The notes under the pieces: generated by a model | Database searches by the model: none | What the model was told of the DNA's origin: nothing | Seen by the model: only the letters and a program-made list of their open reading frames with translations | Assembly (NCBI GenBank): GCA_951406725.2 | Contig: OX597820.1 | Coordinates: 109,802,001-109,866,000, forward strand | Direction: 5' to 3' | From: Octopus vulgaris | Lineage: Eukaryota | DNA: 64,000 bases | Shown: one piece after another, positions 63,014 to 64,000 of the stretch | Layout of the letters: each line of letters begins with the position of its first letter | Position numbering within the stretch: the first letter of the stretch is position 1 | Made by a program: the position numbers and the translations under genes

Positions 63014-63463
63014 ATGTATTACCTTTACTACCCCATCCACCAGAAGACAGTTGTAACTGCACAACTGGGAAAAGTGGGAAAAGCTCACATTAATGTGGTG
63101 TATGAGTGTATGAGTCCCACTAACAAATTTTACATAAGATATACTACTAATCTGATGAAACACAAAATTTCAACTCATAGACTTCCTTTTCTTAATGTTA
63201 AACTAATATCTTCTCCCTCAGTTGAACATATTCACTTACCCAGTTCCCAAAATATTAGCTTTGAGAGTAAATTGTCCATTCTGGCTACATCCCAACCCTA
63301 CAGAGGTCACAGAAAATTTTGTTACCTCTGCCTCTGCAAGGCCTTAGAAATTCTCTTCATTGACAGGAAACAAATTCTTAATAAACACAATGATCAACAA
63401 GCTAATTATAAACATAAAGTAAGATTCATGTTCCAGAAACCTTACCAGATGTATTTTATGTAG
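63014..63463 (+). mobile_element. Old Neptune-type GIY-YIG remnant
   Basis: NVVYEC..KFYI.Y, SQPYRG..FCYLCLCKALEIL..ILNK, resembling 47184..47765. Confidence 0.6.
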
Positions 63464-64000
63464 AAGGAAAGGAAAAAAAATAAGAAAACTCTTATCTTCA
63501 GATGAATTCAGAACAGAGTATCCAGATTCACATCACAAGGATAGAGAACTTGTCGGACATACCTACATGTGTACACTACCCCAATCTCTGACTAGAAACT
63601 ACAACCCCTTTGAAATTCTCTCTATATGTCTGTTCACCTCTGAATCTGTTCAGAGAAAGAGGCTGTTTATATGTCCTACTTCTTGATGTGACATCATTTC
63701 CCCTTGCTTCTTCTCTTGATGTCCCTCTTCCCCACATGCTTCTGGTCCTGATGTCTTCCTTCACTTCTCCACAAGTCATCCATCCACCTGGGTGGGTGAC
63801 ACTATCTTTGTGATCAACACATGGTCATTGAGCTGGTCTTTCCCTCTCCTTCATCAGAGGAGCTAACAATTATACAAACATCCAAGATGTAAATTAGCAT
63901 TCAGTCCACTAAATATATTATTCTGTGTGTTAATTGCAGTCACCCTTCCTTTCTCCCATTGAGTTGTGCTCTGTGCATTTGGTGGCTTCACCCACACTTT

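Overview
AT-rich, microsatellite-dense eukaryotic DNA made almost entirely of transposon remains. The SINE/LINE repertoire and (TA)n density suggest a cephalopod such as Octopus (inference, not verified). It contains RTE-like LINEs (one family with a PHD finger inside ORF2), a deleted RTE-BovB-like copy, Penelope-like elements (PLEs: a Poseidon-type ORF and a near full-length Neptune-type element with direct pLTRs and Asn-rich inserts), a Dong/R4 fragment nested in (TAA)n, a Mag-like Gypsy element with both LTRs and a 5-bp TSD, several mariners, a hAT fragment, Helitron ends and tRNA-derived SINEs. Three to four candidate + strand host exons (23.3-30.6 kb) are hidden among the repeats. The most striking signal is more than a dozen type-I hammerhead ribozyme (HHR) motifs. 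Many sit in small non-coding palindromic elements embedded in (TA)n, and their catalytic cores covary at the 3-8 pair (C3-G8, U3-A8, G3-C8). All calls were read by eye; coordinates of degenerate elements are approximate and no searches or folding programs were run.
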